The translations under genes and the position numbers were made by a program. From assembly GCA_002952755.1 (NCBI GenBank), contig CP025011.1, forward strand, positions 1,110,001 to 1,142,000: DNA of 32,000 bases, given 5' to 3'. The stretch comes from Candidatus Saccharimonadota bacterium. Its GTDB lineage: Bacteria; Patescibacteriota; Saccharimonadia; Saccharimonadales; UBA4665. This document shows positions 1-8,600 of the stretch, piece after piece (the first letter of the stretch is position 1; the number at the start of each line of letters is the position of its first letter). The notes beneath the pieces were generated by a model. It was not told where the DNA came from and did not search any database. It saw only the letters and a list, made by a program, of their open reading frames with translations.

Positions 1-287
1 CAGGCACTAATAGCACGCTCGTTGCAGGGACCGAATTCGCTAACCTTGGTGTAACCACTTCACAAACCGGCGGCACCGGCACGCTGGCTGCCGACGCTGC
101 ATTCCTTGGCGGCGGCACCGGCAAAGGTGGCGGCCTTGACACGACACTCCGCACCATCGCCAGCTCAAACGGCACTGCCAATAACGCTGTTTTGACGCTT
201 ACCAATAACGCTGTCGTCAGCGCCACCACTCCCGCAGCCACCGATTATAGTGATACCATCACCATGGTCGGCGCGGCATTGTTTTAG
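1..287 (+). CDS. 3' end of a CDS truncated by the window edge; Gly/Thr/Ala/Asn-rich, probable secreted surface or fibre subunit
   Basis: Frame 3 is open from the window edge to TAG at 285-287 (...GTGTLAADAAFLGGGTGKGGGLDTTLRTIASSNGTANNAVLTLTNNAVVSATTPAATDYSDTITMVGAALF*). It is absent from the ORF track because it has no start. It is on the same strand as, and 42 nt upstream of, the next surface-protein gene. Confidence 0.5.
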   Translation, partial: GTNSTLVAGTEFANLGVTTSQTGGTGTLAADAAFLGGGTGKGGGLDTTLRTIASSNGTANNAVLTLTNNAVVSATTPAATDYSDTITMVGAALF

Positions 288-329
288 GGCGAACCCCTAA
301 AGTACTTCAAATCATAAGAGAGCAGTGTA

Positions 330-1382
330 ATGTCCAACCATGTTTCACAATGGTTGCGTATGGGTGGTGTATGGCTATTAGGAGTTTTAGCCATACTCTA
401 CTCGTTCTACCCGGCAACGGCTCAAGCAACAGGCAGTGATTTTAATATACAGGTGGCGCCTTCGCCCCTCACAATCACACTCACACCTGGTCAAATGCAG
501 AGCACCAGCCTGGTAGTGCGTAACTTTTCCAGCCACGACGAAACGCTTCGGCCCAGTCTAAGCGGTTTTCGTATTGATAGTGTTAGCCAGAAGATTACCC
601 TCTTGAGCGCTCCGCCGGCCAATATGGCTAACTGGGTACACTTTAAACAGTCGGACCTAACGCTGGCACCAGGCACCGGCAAAAACCTAGATATCATTTT
701 TGACACCCCAAAGGATGTCGGCTTTAGTTACGCAGCCGCCATTACGCTTACTCGCGCCAACACAGTCGCGAGGGCCGATGCAACCAACCTGAGAGGGGCA
801 GTAGCAGTGTTTTGCCTTGCCAACATTAATCGTCCGGACGCCAAAAGCGCAGTAGCCATCACTAGTCTGAGCTCAGATAAATCATCCTACGAATTCCTAC
901 CTGCAACATTTCATCTTAGCTTAAAGAATACCGGCAACGTGATTAGCCAACCTACCGGAACTATCTTCATACAGCGCTCATTTTCTGATGCGACGCCAAT
1001 TGCCTCGCTGCCCATTAACAGCACCGGCGGTTACGTTCTACCCGATACAACCCGCAGTTTTTCGTCAAGTTGGCAAAATGGTTTTCCAGCGTATGTTGCC
1101 AACCCGGCGCTTTCGGGCCAATCGGCCACTAATCACTTAAATTGGAACTGGTCTCATCTCAGCCAGCTCCGCTTTGGGCGTTATGTTGCGAAAGCAGTCA
1201 TCATATACAACGATGGGCATAGCGACGTGCCCGTGATTGCCAGCACATCATTTTGGGTGATTCCATGGCGCCTTATAGGGTTCGGGCTGCTGCTGCTCAT
1301 CGTCTTAGGCACCGGCCTTTACGCATGGGGTCGTTTCGCCTTTAAAAGCGTGCAGAAAGTGCAACGTCGTGGGCATAAATAA
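330..1382 (+). CDS. Secreted, membrane-anchored surface protein: N-terminal signal peptide, Ig-like/beta-rich body, C-terminal TM helix plus basic tail. The architecture is reminiscent of CscA-type DUF916/DUF3324 proteins.
   Basis: ATG at 330. Hydrophobic N-terminus ending ..ATAQA. C-terminal LIGFGLLLLIVLGTGLYAWG followed by KSVQKVQRRGHK. The family assignment rests on architecture only. Confidence 0.75.
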   Translation: MSNHVSQWLRMGGVWLLGVLAILYSFYPATAQATGSDFNIQVAPSPLTITLTPGQMQSTSLVVRNFSSHDETLRPSLSGFRIDSVSQKITLLSAPPANMANWVHFKQSDLTLAPGTGKNLDIIFDTPKDVGFSYAAAITLTRANTVARADATNLRGAVAVFCLANINRPDAKSAVAITSLSSDKSSYEFLPATFHLSLKNTGNVISQPTGTIFIQRSFSDATPIASLPINSTGGYVLPDTTRSFSSSWQNGFPAYVANPALSGQSATNHLNWNWSHLSQLRFGRYVAKAVIIYNDGHSDVPVIASTSFWVIPWRLIGFGLLLLIVLGTGLYAWGRFAFKSVQKVQRRGHK

Positions 1383-2307
1383 ACAATCGTTCGTCGGAAT
1401 CGTAGTACTAGTTTCTGTTTTTGGACTCGCATCCAGCCGGCAAGCAGCAGCTGCCACATCACCCGGCATCACAGTTACGCCTGCCACCTTTAGACTTGAG
1501 CTTAAGCACGGCCAGATTCAAAACCAAACAAGTTTTACGTTGACTAATGGCTATACATCCAGCATTGCGCTCCACTTCTCCTTCAAAACTTCGCCGAACA
1601 ACGTATCGTCAGACAGTAATGCTGACCCTGCAGGCCAGCTGTCCATCGCTACTCCTGATATCACCATCCAACCACACGACTCGATCACCCAAACAGTTAC
1701 CCTCAGCGACAGTCGGCTACTTGCTCCAGGGAGTCAACTAGTGGATTTAGTGGTATCTGAAGTATCGCCAGGTACCAGGGCCATCAGTACGGTCCCGAGT
1801 ATCCGCTTGCCGGTCGTTATCATCAAAGATGACGGTGCTTTTACAAGGCTTACCGCCACAACCTTACCAATTGGCGGTATCCGCACAGGCTTACCGCGCG
1901 CCTTAAGCGTTACCATTCGCAATACGGGCAATGTCGTAACTGCCCCGCACGGCGCTGCGATTATTACCGACGGGGCAGGAAACGAGGTGAGCAAAGGAGT
2001 GCTTAATAGCAACTCGCAGGCGCTCGCCCCAGGCGCAAGTGTAGCCTACACGATTCCGCTCACACAACTTGCACCTTCCAGACTGCTCGGGAAGTACCAG
2101 GTAAGCCTCTCGTATGGACTTGGGGGCGGACTGGGCGTCCAGCTGGTCCGTGCGCATTTCTTTTACATCGGCTGGCAGCACATTACTGGGGCTGTCCTGG
2201 TTTTCATACTTTTATATGCCGGCATACGGACGCTCCTCTACATTCGCTCTCAGCCTAATGCAGCACATCGTGGGAAGAAATCGATATCAGCGGCGAGGGC
2301 ACAATGA
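1369..2307 (+). CDS. Paralogous-architecture secreted surface protein (signal peptide, beta-rich body, C-terminal TM anchor plus basic tail)
   Basis: GTG start at 1369 overlaps the upstream gene by 14 nt. Signal-like IVVLVSVFGLASSRQAAAA. C-terminal TM AVLVFILLYAGIRTLLY followed by HRGKK. Confidence 0.7.
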   Translation: MGINKQSFVGIVVLVSVFGLASSRQAAAATSPGITVTPATFRLELKHGQIQNQTSFTLTNGYTSSIALHFSFKTSPNNVSSDSNADPAGQLSIATPDITIQPHDSITQTVTLSDSRLLAPGSQLVDLVVSEVSPGTRAISTVPSIRLPVVIIKDDGAFTRLTATTLPIGGIRTGLPRALSVTIRNTGNVVTAPHGAAIITDGAGNEVSKGVLNSNSQALAPGASVAYTIPLTQLAPSRLLGKYQVSLSYGLGGGLGVQLVRAHFFYIGWQHITGAVLVFILLYAGIRTLLYIRSQPNAAHRGKKSISAARAQ

Positions 2308-4553
2308 AAAAGGCAAACATAACATTGTTTGTACTGGGTCTGTCACTCATGGGCGGGCTCTTTTCGGTGCATCACGCAGGCGCTGCCATAAATCGGCAGC
2401 TCAGCTTCCAAGGCAAGCTCACCAATAGCGACGGCACTAACGTAACCGACGGCACCTATAGCATCCGTTTTCGGATCTATACCGATCCAACCGCCGACGC
2501 CGGCAACACGTGCAGCGCTAACACCTGCAAATGGGAAGAAACACAGGCTAGTGTGACGGTCAGCGGCGGTCTCTTCCAGGTGAATCTTGGAAGTGTAACG
2601 CCGCTGCCAGGGAGCGTCGACTTTAACAGTGCCGCATTGTATCTAGGGGTGAAGGTGGGGTCGGACAGCGAAATGACGCCGCGCATTCAGCTTACGGCTG
2701 CGCCTTACTCCCTGAACGCCGACATGCTGGATGGACTGGACAGTACAAACTTCGTGCAACTATCGCCAGGTTCGCAACAGACCGGCGCCATTAACATCTC
2801 GGGTGGCATTACCTCTGGAGCTGTGAATGGGCTCACGCTTGCTCAGGCTGCCGACGGCTTTACCCTGGCCGGCGGCACAACCTCGCGCACGTTGACCGTG
2901 CAAGGCGCCAATATCACCATTGGTAGCACTATTCAGCCTACCAACAGCGGCACACTCAGTATCCAGAGCAGCGGAGCAAACGCACTCAATCTCGATACTG
3001 GTGGGGCAGCGGCCATTAATATTGGTGTGAACGGTACGAGTGTCAATACCATCACTATCGGCAATAGCACGAGCAACCCCAACATATCGCTAGCGGGGGG
3101 CGGCACACTTAGCACACCTACGGGTGCAGCCTCAATTAACGGTAATACTACGATTACCGGCACTAAAACGCTTACTGTCGCCGGTGGACTAACGACGCTT
3201 GGGGCCGGTCTTACCTTCAGCGGGACCACCGCCCAAACGATCACGGGGCCGAGTACCGGAGGACTCACGGTGAACGTTGCATCTGGCCCCTTGAGCCTAT
3301 CGACTACGACTGCTGGCGCACTAGCCATTACTTCTGCTGGAGCGCTCTCCCTCACTGGCGCCAGCCCATCCACCTGGGATATCGGCAGCAATCTCTTATC
3401 CTTACAAACCACAGGCAATGGGGGAATTACCACAGGGACCGGCCTCCTGACTCAAGGTGGCAATGTTACATTTTCGGGTACCACAGCACGAACTCTGACC
3501 GGGCCGAGTACTGGAGGACTCACGGTGAACGTTGCAAGCGGACCACTCACACTCTCCACGACAACGTCAGGCACACTAGCAATCAACTCAGCCGGTGCAG
3601 CAAACATCAGCGCTGCAGCTGCCTCCACCTGGGATATCGGCAGCAACACACTTTCTTTGCAAACAACCAATAACGGGGCGGTTACTACTGGGAGTGGACT
3701 CTGGACCGAAGGCGGCAACCTGACGTTTAGCGGTACCGCTGCACGTACTATAACCGGGCCAGGAACGGGGGGACTTACGATCAACGTCACCAGCGGCCCA
3801 TTAACGCTTTCAACGACCACTTCCGGGACATTAACCATCCAGGGGAGTGGCGGGGTGGCGATAACCAGTGGCGGCAATGTCACTATTGGTGCGGTTGACG
3901 GCACCGCTACACTACTTGTGCTCGACACGAAGAATAGTACCGGCGACCCAACCGAAGCAGATGGCGGTATGTACTACAACTCCTCAAACAACCGCTTCCG
4001 TTGCGGCCAAAATGGCACTTGGCTAAACTGCATCGGCGGCACCATGACTTCCAACACTACAGCTTCGTCGGCAGTCAATACCTGCACTACAGCCTGCAGT
4101 GCCTTTACCACCACTTCGGCCTTCCCGGCTAACTTCTGCGTACCCGGCCGCGTCTTTCATATTGTTGCTAACGGCGTATACAGCACGGCAGCAGCAGCAA
4201 CCCTGGCGATGGGCGTCTATGTCGGCACCAACGCCACCACTAAGGCATCTGATACGCTCATCGGTGCAGCATCGGGAGCGCTGAGCTCGGGCGCTCTAGT
4301 TACCAACCAGGGCTGGAGCATCGATTTCTATATATCCTGTTTTACAACTGGTACGAGCGGTACGGTAAATGGTCAGGGCGTTTTTAGCATGGCCACTGCT
4401 GCTACAACGACACTTACCAGTCGTATGTATCTCAGCACCAACACGACCATCAACACGACCACCGCCCAAACGATCTATCTTTTCCCAGCATGGGGCACAT
4501 CTGCCGCAGGCAATACTGCAACTGTGCAGCAATTTATTGTCACAGCGCTTTAG
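2304..4553 (+). CDS. Large secreted repeat protein, tail-fibre-like or beta-helical surface fibre/adhesin candidate
   Basis: The ATG overlaps the upstream stop (ATGA), suggesting translational coupling. It has a signal peptide. N-terminal motifs (QLSFQGKL..., SLNADMLDGLDSTNF, GGMYYNSSNNRFRCGQNGTW) resemble those I recall from tail-fibre-like surface proteins. The centre is Gly/Thr-rich with three ~85-aa repeats. Confidence 0.8.
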   Translation: MKKANITLFVLGLSLMGGLFSVHHAGAAINRQLSFQGKLTNSDGTNVTDGTYSIRFRIYTDPTADAGNTCSANTCKWEETQASVTVSGGLFQVNLGSVTPLPGSVDFNSAALYLGVKVGSDSEMTPRIQLTAAPYSLNADMLDGLDSTNFVQLSPGSQQTGAINISGGITSGAVNGLTLAQAADGFTLAGGTTSRTLTVQGANITIGSTIQPTNSGTLSIQSSGANALNLDTGGAAAINIGVNGTSVNTITIGNSTSNPNISLAGGGTLSTPTGAASINGNTTITGTKTLTVAGGLTTLGAGLTFSGTTAQTITGPSTGGLTVNVASGPLSLSTTTAGALAITSAGALSLTGASPSTWDIGSNLLSLQTTGNGGITTGTGLLTQGGNVTFSGTTARTLTGPSTGGLTVNVASGPLTLSTTTSGTLAINSAGAANISAAAASTWDIGSNTLSLQTTNNGAVTTGSGLWTEGGNLTFSGTAARTITGPGTGGLTINVTSGPLTLSTTTSGTLTIQGSGGVAITSGGNVTIGAVDGTATLLVLDTKNSTGDPTEADGGMYYNSSNNRFRCGQNGTWLNCIGGTMTSNTTASSAVNTCTTACSAFTTTSAFPANFCVPGRVFHIVANGVYSTAAAATLAMGVYVGTNATTKASDTLIGAASGALSSGALVTNQGWSIDFYISCFTTGTSGTVNGQGVFSMATAATTTLTSRMYLSTNTTINTTTAQTIYLFPAWGTSAAGNTATVQQFIVTAL
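3186..3880 (+). repeat. Intragenic tandem repeat, period 255 bp (85 aa), two full units plus a partial third
   Basis: Units begin at aa 295 (GLTTLGAGLTFSGTTAQTITGPSTGGLTVNVASGPLSLSTTT...), aa 380 (GLLTQGGNVTFSGTTARTLTGPSTGGLTVNVASGPLTLSTTT...) and aa 465 (GLWTEGGNLTFSGTAARTITGPGTGGLTINVTSGPLTLSTTT...). Similarity is also visible at the nucleotide level. Confidence 0.85.
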
Positions 4554-4595
4554 GATGTAAGAATCATACCTCATCGTGGCCTACATGATGGATAC

Positions 4596-4703
4596 GAACG
4601 ACCATACCCTCTTCGAAAAATAGAGCGTTACACGCAGGCCGACCTCAGGTCGGTCTGGTTGCACTACGCCTGACTCTATTTTTCGAAGAGGGTATGGTCG
4701 TTC
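4596..4703 (-). repeat. Hairpin element copy 1 (conserved core in reverse orientation, 26-bp copy-specific perfect arms)
   Basis: Left arm gaacgaccataccctcttcgaaaaatagag is the exact reverse complement of the right arm. The core lies at 4622-4677. The copy sits between the convergent 3' ends of 2304..4553 and 4714..5652. Confidence 0.9.
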
Positions 4704-4713
4704 ACACCGCTAC

Positions 4714-5652
4714 TTATTGTTGCGAGACGAAATCGTAGACCTCTTTAGAGACATCAGCGATAAAACTATTCGCTTGGTCTTCCGGTAAGCCGACCATCAC
4801 ACACAACAAGTACGGGCGCTTGGGTATGTACACAATCCCACAATCGCTCTCCGACCACGCAGCATTAAATACACCAATTTTATGCGCAACGGTAAGCTTG
4901 GGCGGCAGATTCTGAGGGATGCGATTTGTTGCTGTCGATTTGGCCAGGTAGCTCAGCAGCTCTTGTGAATCACTTTTCTCCAGATAGGAAGAGAAATAGA
5001 GCCCTTTGAGCACCGAAGCGTACGAGCGGGCGTTGATCACCGCCTGGCCATTCTGCTCATTCTGGTCAATATCCAACCGAGCGAGCGACTGCTCGTCATA
5101 CGTCAACATGTCTTTGGTGTGATCGAATATAACATGCGTAGCAGTGTTATCGGACTGCTCAAGCGCATATTGCGCTGCCTGGCGAAGCGTCAATGTAAAA
5201 CCAGCGCCTTTTTTATAGAGGTCGCCATACGCATCGTCCAGCTCATCGGACGTTACGCTTACCGTTTGATCAAGATGAATCCGGCCCAATTCGGCAGCCT
5301 TATACAGATTCATGACAAGCGGCACCTTTATGAGCGAAGCAGCTACTAGTTCCTGGTCGGCCCCGATACGGATAGACGTACCATCCGGCAGATACTCAAA
5401 ATAAAAACTCTTCTGCACCGTAAGGGCGTCAAATTTGCTTTGGAGCTGTTTACGTAAAGGAACAAAATTGATCAAAATATCATTTTGAGGATCGCCTAAA
5501 ATATTAGCTGCCAGCAAAGGCAAATGCCGCCGGGAGGAGATTTGGGGAGGAGCGGGGCGGTCTTTGATAAACCAGCCAAGATTGCCCAGCAGAAGCAGCA
5601 CGCAAAGAGGTGCCAATATCTGCGCCCCCGTACGCTGTTTGATTTGTTTCAT
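4714..5652 (-). CDS. Class A beta-lactamase-fold serine hydrolase (penicillin-binding-like), membrane-anchored or secreted
   Basis: SxxK (ASLIK), SDN (EQSDNTA) and a KTG-like motif (HKIG). The ORF track starts at TTG 5691. I prefer ATG 5652 (MKQIKQRTG... followed by a hydrophobic anchor). Confidence 0.75.
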   Translation of the reverse strand: MKQIKQRTGAQILAPLCVLLLLGNLGWFIKDRPAPPQISSRRHLPLLAANILGDPQNDILINFVPLRKQLQSKFDALTVQKSFYFEYLPDGTSIRIGADQELVAASLIKVPLVMNLYKAAELGRIHLDQTVSVTSDELDDAYGDLYKKGAGFTLTLRQAAQYALEQSDNTATHVIFDHTKDMLTYDEQSLARLDIDQNEQNGQAVINARSYASVLKGLYFSSYLEKSDSQELLSYLAKSTATNRIPQNLPPKLTVAHKIGVFNAAWSESDCGIVYIPKRPYLLCVMVGLPEDQANSFIADVSKEVYDFVSQQ

Positions 5653-5693
5653 CCTATTGGTAGTGTAGGGGGTGTAGCAGAGTTCTGGCAAGC

Positions 5694-6341
5694 TCAGTTT
5701 GATAAATGTTCGTGCTGATGCCGCTTACAGGAATACATCATGTAGGCAGCAATGGCGCCGGTCGCTTCATAATGCACCGGGTTGCCCGGCGTCTCCTGAT
5801 AACGCGGGTCAAGCCCCAGCTCGGCCGAAGCGAGCGCCAAGTGAAAGCACACCAGCGATTCGGTAGGGGTGATCTCCGGGCAACGCTTCTTGAGCACAGC
5901 CCGAAAAGCATCGACGAAACGCTCCCAGCTAGCTTTGTTTTGAGCTAACAGCCGGGGATTAGCCTTCTCGGCATACAGGAAAGCAAACGGGCCGTTCAAA
6001 CGCGAATAATTCACCCAGGATTCTACCAGCAAGAGCAGCACCTCATCCCACGACAAGTGTGGCAAAAAGGGATGTTGACCAATCTCAGCAAAAATCTTCG
6101 AAAGGTCATCAACATACAATTCGGTGAGCGCAGCGATAATCGCATCTTTGTTTGGGTAGTACCGATACACCGAACCTATGGGCACTCTAGCGTGCGCCGC
6201 AATGTCATTCGTCGTCACTTCCTCAAGGCCACGCTCCCTAAATAGGGCTAACGCCGCGGCCAATATAACACGCACCCGCTCTTTACCTCGGGCTTGAGAC
6301 GGAGCCGTGCGCTTGGCTTTATACTTATCCGGATCGTACAT
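5694..6341 (-). CDS. TetR/AcrR family transcriptional regulator
   Basis: N-terminal TetR HTH: ILAAALALFRERGLEEVTTNDIAAHARVPIGSVYRYYPNKDAI. Confidence 0.9.
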   Translation of the reverse strand: MYDPDKYKAKRTAPSQARGKERVRVILAAALALFRERGLEEVTTNDIAAHARVPIGSVYRYYPNKDAIIAALTELYVDDLSKIFAEIGQHPFLPHLSWDEVLLLLVESWVNYSRLNGPFAFLYAEKANPRLLAQNKASWERFVDAFRAVLKKRCPEITPTESLVCFHLALASAELGLDPRYQETPGNPVHYEATGAIAAYMMYSCKRHQHEHLSN

Positions 6342-6440
6342 CGTTCGTACGTTTACTATATGAGAAGAGCAGAACTACTGCAATAAAATATATTACGGCT
6401 TAGACAACAATGTTTTGCTACGGTATGATTGGATTTACGC

Positions 6441-6911
6441 ATGAACCCTAAAATTTCCTCACTCGTCTTTCTTAACTACCTGACGACCGTGTTCGATAAC
6501 GTCGCCGATGCCATTATTTTGATTGGCGTGGAGGCCAAAGGAGCATACCGCTTGCTACTTGCCAATCATGCTTTTTATGCATCAACGGGTCATTCTGAAG
6601 ACATCATTGGGCGCGAAGTCACTGATATTGTAGCGCCAGGCACTTATCCCGGCCTCTTAAAACACTATCAAAAGGCAATCCGAACCAAACAGCCACACGA
6701 ATACACCACTTGGATTCAGGTTCCCCGCGGTCGGCGTGCTTACCGCATAAAATTAATTCCTATACTTAACACTGTGGGTGAAGTTGCACAATTAGCCGGC
6801 ATTACCCGAGACGTTACCGACCATCTCAATATGCAAGAAGAACTGCGCCAGTTACGCGCCCAACAATATCCCCTCAGAGCGAAAGGTACCGACCGAACGC
6901 AAGCCTTGTAG
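6441..6911 (+). CDS. Single PAS-domain protein
   Basis: PAS-like fold sequence (ADAIILIG...LLLANHAFYASTGHSEDIIGREVTDIV...AQLAGITRDVTD) followed by a coiled-coil-like tail. The track start 6429 is TTG, so ATG 6441 is preferred. Confidence 0.7.
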   Translation: MNPKISSLVFLNYLTTVFDNVADAIILIGVEAKGAYRLLLANHAFYASTGHSEDIIGREVTDIVAPGTYPGLLKHYQKAIRTKQPHEYTTWIQVPRGRRAYRIKLIPILNTVGEVAQLAGITRDVTDHLNMQEELRQLRAQQYPLRAKGTDRTQAL

Positions 6912-6960
6912 CTGCGGTGATCGTTGCGTGTGACCCTACTCCTGCTATCATTGGAGTACT

Positions 6961-7959
6961 ATGAATCGACGCGCAACCGCTGCACACGCCTGGAGAGTTA
7001 TGGACGGGGAGGCTTACTATCAAACATTGATACATGCTATTCCCCTCGCTCAAAAACGCATTACTATTGCTAGTATGCTCTTGCTTGCCGAGAAAAGGGT
7101 GGGTCACATACTAGCCTTGCTAGAACAAGCGATCGAACGCGGCGTATCCGTTACTTTATTATTCGATAATGGCGCTCTTCGGTCGCATTTTATCTACCAA
7201 ATCGATGAAGGCTCAACTCGTAAAACAGTATTGCGTGACACCTTTGCGACACTTGAGACGCTTGCTGCCAAAGGTGCTACAGTTTATCCCTTCAGCAAGT
7301 CACGTCTGCATCCGTACCGCGGCAGATGCCACGTCAAGATAACTATTCTCGACGATACTGTATATTCCTTTGGCGGTATAAATATGATGGATGGCGGCTT
7401 TAGAAGTACGGATTTCATGCTGTCTCAAGTATATCCAGCAGCAGCCAATATACTTACCGACCTGGTCGAACAAATTGGCACCCAGGGCCCGCCCTTACTT
7501 AATCGAGATCCATCGATTGCACAGGGGAGTATTTTGTTTGATGGCGGAGAGCCACATCATTCCATTATCTATGAGCGAGCCTGTGAACTCACCTTGCAGG
7601 CCAAGCACGTCACCTTTGTATCGCAAATGACGCCGAGCGGCAGGTTAGGGCAATTACTCAGCAAAACCGATGCAACGTGCTACTTTAACCGTCCGGAACA
7701 AATGACCGCCCCCCAATCATGGGGTCAGATATTCGACCAGCAACGTTACCGAATTACAAATAGCTATACGCGCGCCGAATACATACACGCCAAATGTATG
7801 CTCTTCGAGTTACCAAGCGGCCAGCACGTCGTGTTAACTGGCTCAAACAATTTCAGTTACCGCGGCGTAGCGTATGGCACACAAGAGATTGCACTCTGCA
7901 GTACCGATCCCCGCTTATACGAGAGCCTCGATGAGTTCATACGGAAAACAATTGGTTAA
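6961..7959 (+). CDS. Phospholipase D superfamily protein with two HKD-type motifs
   Basis: HVKITILD (HxKxxxxD) and HAKCMLFE..GSNN (second HKD-like motif). Confidence 0.8.
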   Translation: MNRRATAAHAWRVMDGEAYYQTLIHAIPLAQKRITIASMLLLAEKRVGHILALLEQAIERGVSVTLLFDNGALRSHFIYQIDEGSTRKTVLRDTFATLETLAAKGATVYPFSKSRLHPYRGRCHVKITILDDTVYSFGGINMMDGGFRSTDFMLSQVYPAAANILTDLVEQIGTQGPPLLNRDPSIAQGSILFDGGEPHHSIIYERACELTLQAKHVTFVSQMTPSGRLGQLLSKTDATCYFNRPEQMTAPQSWGQIFDQQRYRITNSYTRAEYIHAKCMLFELPSGQHVVLTGSNNFSYRGVAYGTQEIALCSTDPRLYESLDEFIRKTIG

Positions 7960-7966
7960 AACCATC

Positions 7967-8317
7967 CTATATGAGGGCGCCGCGGCGCACATACGCCATC
8001 AGGAGCAGATCCCCAGAGAATTGACGCCAACGACCGAGAAGCATGTTTCGTCGCTCGCGGCGCACTTTGGGGTTGCGCTCAAAACGGATCGCTCGGCCAA
8101 TCGCCCATTCGCCCATAGCCAGAGAAGCAAGCAAGCCCGCTCGGCTATGACGAGCCGTCTCCTGGATATCAACTCTTTCCTTACGGCGACGCTTACGAGC
8201 CCGTTCGGCGGCGAGTGCGCGCTCTAAGTTGTATTGTCTCAATGCGAGTTCGTTATACACAGGAGGCTGAGGAAATATGGCCTCTCCCGACGGCGTAACG
8301 ATCGGTTGTCGCTCCAT
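7967..8317 (-). CDS. Hypothetical protein, Arg-rich
   Basis: A strong Shine-Dalgarno sequence (AAAGGAGG) lies 5 nt upstream of the ATG on the minus strand. This ORF is preferred over the overlapping plus-strand ORF 7874..8227. Confidence 0.6.
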   Translation of the reverse strand: MERQPIVTPSGEAIFPQPPVYNELALRQYNLERALAAERARKRRRKERVDIQETARHSRAGLLASLAMGEWAIGRAIRFERNPKVRRERRNMLLGRWRQFSGDLLLMAYVRRGALI

Positions 8318-8336
8318 ATAAACCTCCTTTCAAAGA

Positions 8337-8510
8337 TTATTTTTTAGGTACTTTGCCTCCAGCCTCCCGGGCTTCTGAGAGTCCGATCGCAACAGCCTGC
8401 TTTGGGTTGGTCACCTTCTTACCTGAGCGTCCGCTCTTTAGAGTACCGTGCTTCATCTCGTGCATGGCTTTTTCAACTTTGGCTGATGCTTTTGGTCCGT
8501 ATTGATTCAT
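8337..8510 (-). CDS. Small conserved protein (57 aa), resembles the DUF6496 family of small basic proteins
   Basis: Not in the ORF track because it is under 60 aa. Translation: MNQYGPKASAKVEKAMHEMKHGTLKSGRSGKKVTNPKQAVAIGLSEAREAGGKVPKK*. GGAGG lies 7 nt upstream of the ATG. The family call is from memory of the ...MHE.K.GTLKSG.SGKKV..RKQAIAIGLSEAR... pattern. Confidence 0.7.
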   Translation of the reverse strand: MNQYGPKASAKVEKAMHEMKHGTLKSGRSGKKVTNPKQAVAIGLSEAREAGGKVPKK

Positions 8511-8527
8511 AGACCTGCCTCCGTTTA

Positions 8528-8549
8528 GATGTACAAAAAATAGTACATC
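8528..8549. promoter_or_regulatory. 7-bp inverted repeat (GATGTAC-N8-GTACATC) just upstream of the small-protein gene; candidate operator or promoter element
   Basis: The perfect inverted repeat is seen directly. On the minus strand it overlaps a TACTAT -10-like hexamer upstream of the SD of 8337..8510. Confidence 0.3.
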
Positions 8550-8600
8550 ATTTGGATGTGAGTGCGCAGTAAGCTATTTCACCGGGTGCCCAATAAGTAC

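Noticed and set aside
2933-3928. Long minus-strand ORFs 2933..3433 and 3452..3928
   Set aside because: They are antisense to the repeat region of the 749-aa gene. Their low-complexity Pro/Val-rich translations are typical of shadow ORFs in Gly/Thr-rich repeats.
3900-4553. C-terminus of the fibre protein as a diversity-generating retroelement target
   Set aside because: There is no reverse transcriptase and no template-repeat copy of this region in the window, and no C-type-lectin-like terminal motif.
4596-4703. Elements as integron attC sites or REP/REPIN/MITE elements
   Set aside because: Those families have conserved termini or stems with variable centres. Here the centre is conserved and the flanks vary. 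No integrase or RAYT is in the window. A database search is still needed.
6342-6440. TetR operator in the TetR/PAS divergent region (TCGTAC repeats, CGTACG palindrome)
   Set aside because: The repeats are short, overlap the TetR start codon, and are not a convincing dyad. Support is too weak to call.
7874-8227. 117-aa plus-strand ORF
   Set aside because: It overlaps the end of the PLD gene and the minus-strand ORF 7967..8317. The minus-strand ORF has a strong AAAGGAGG SD.
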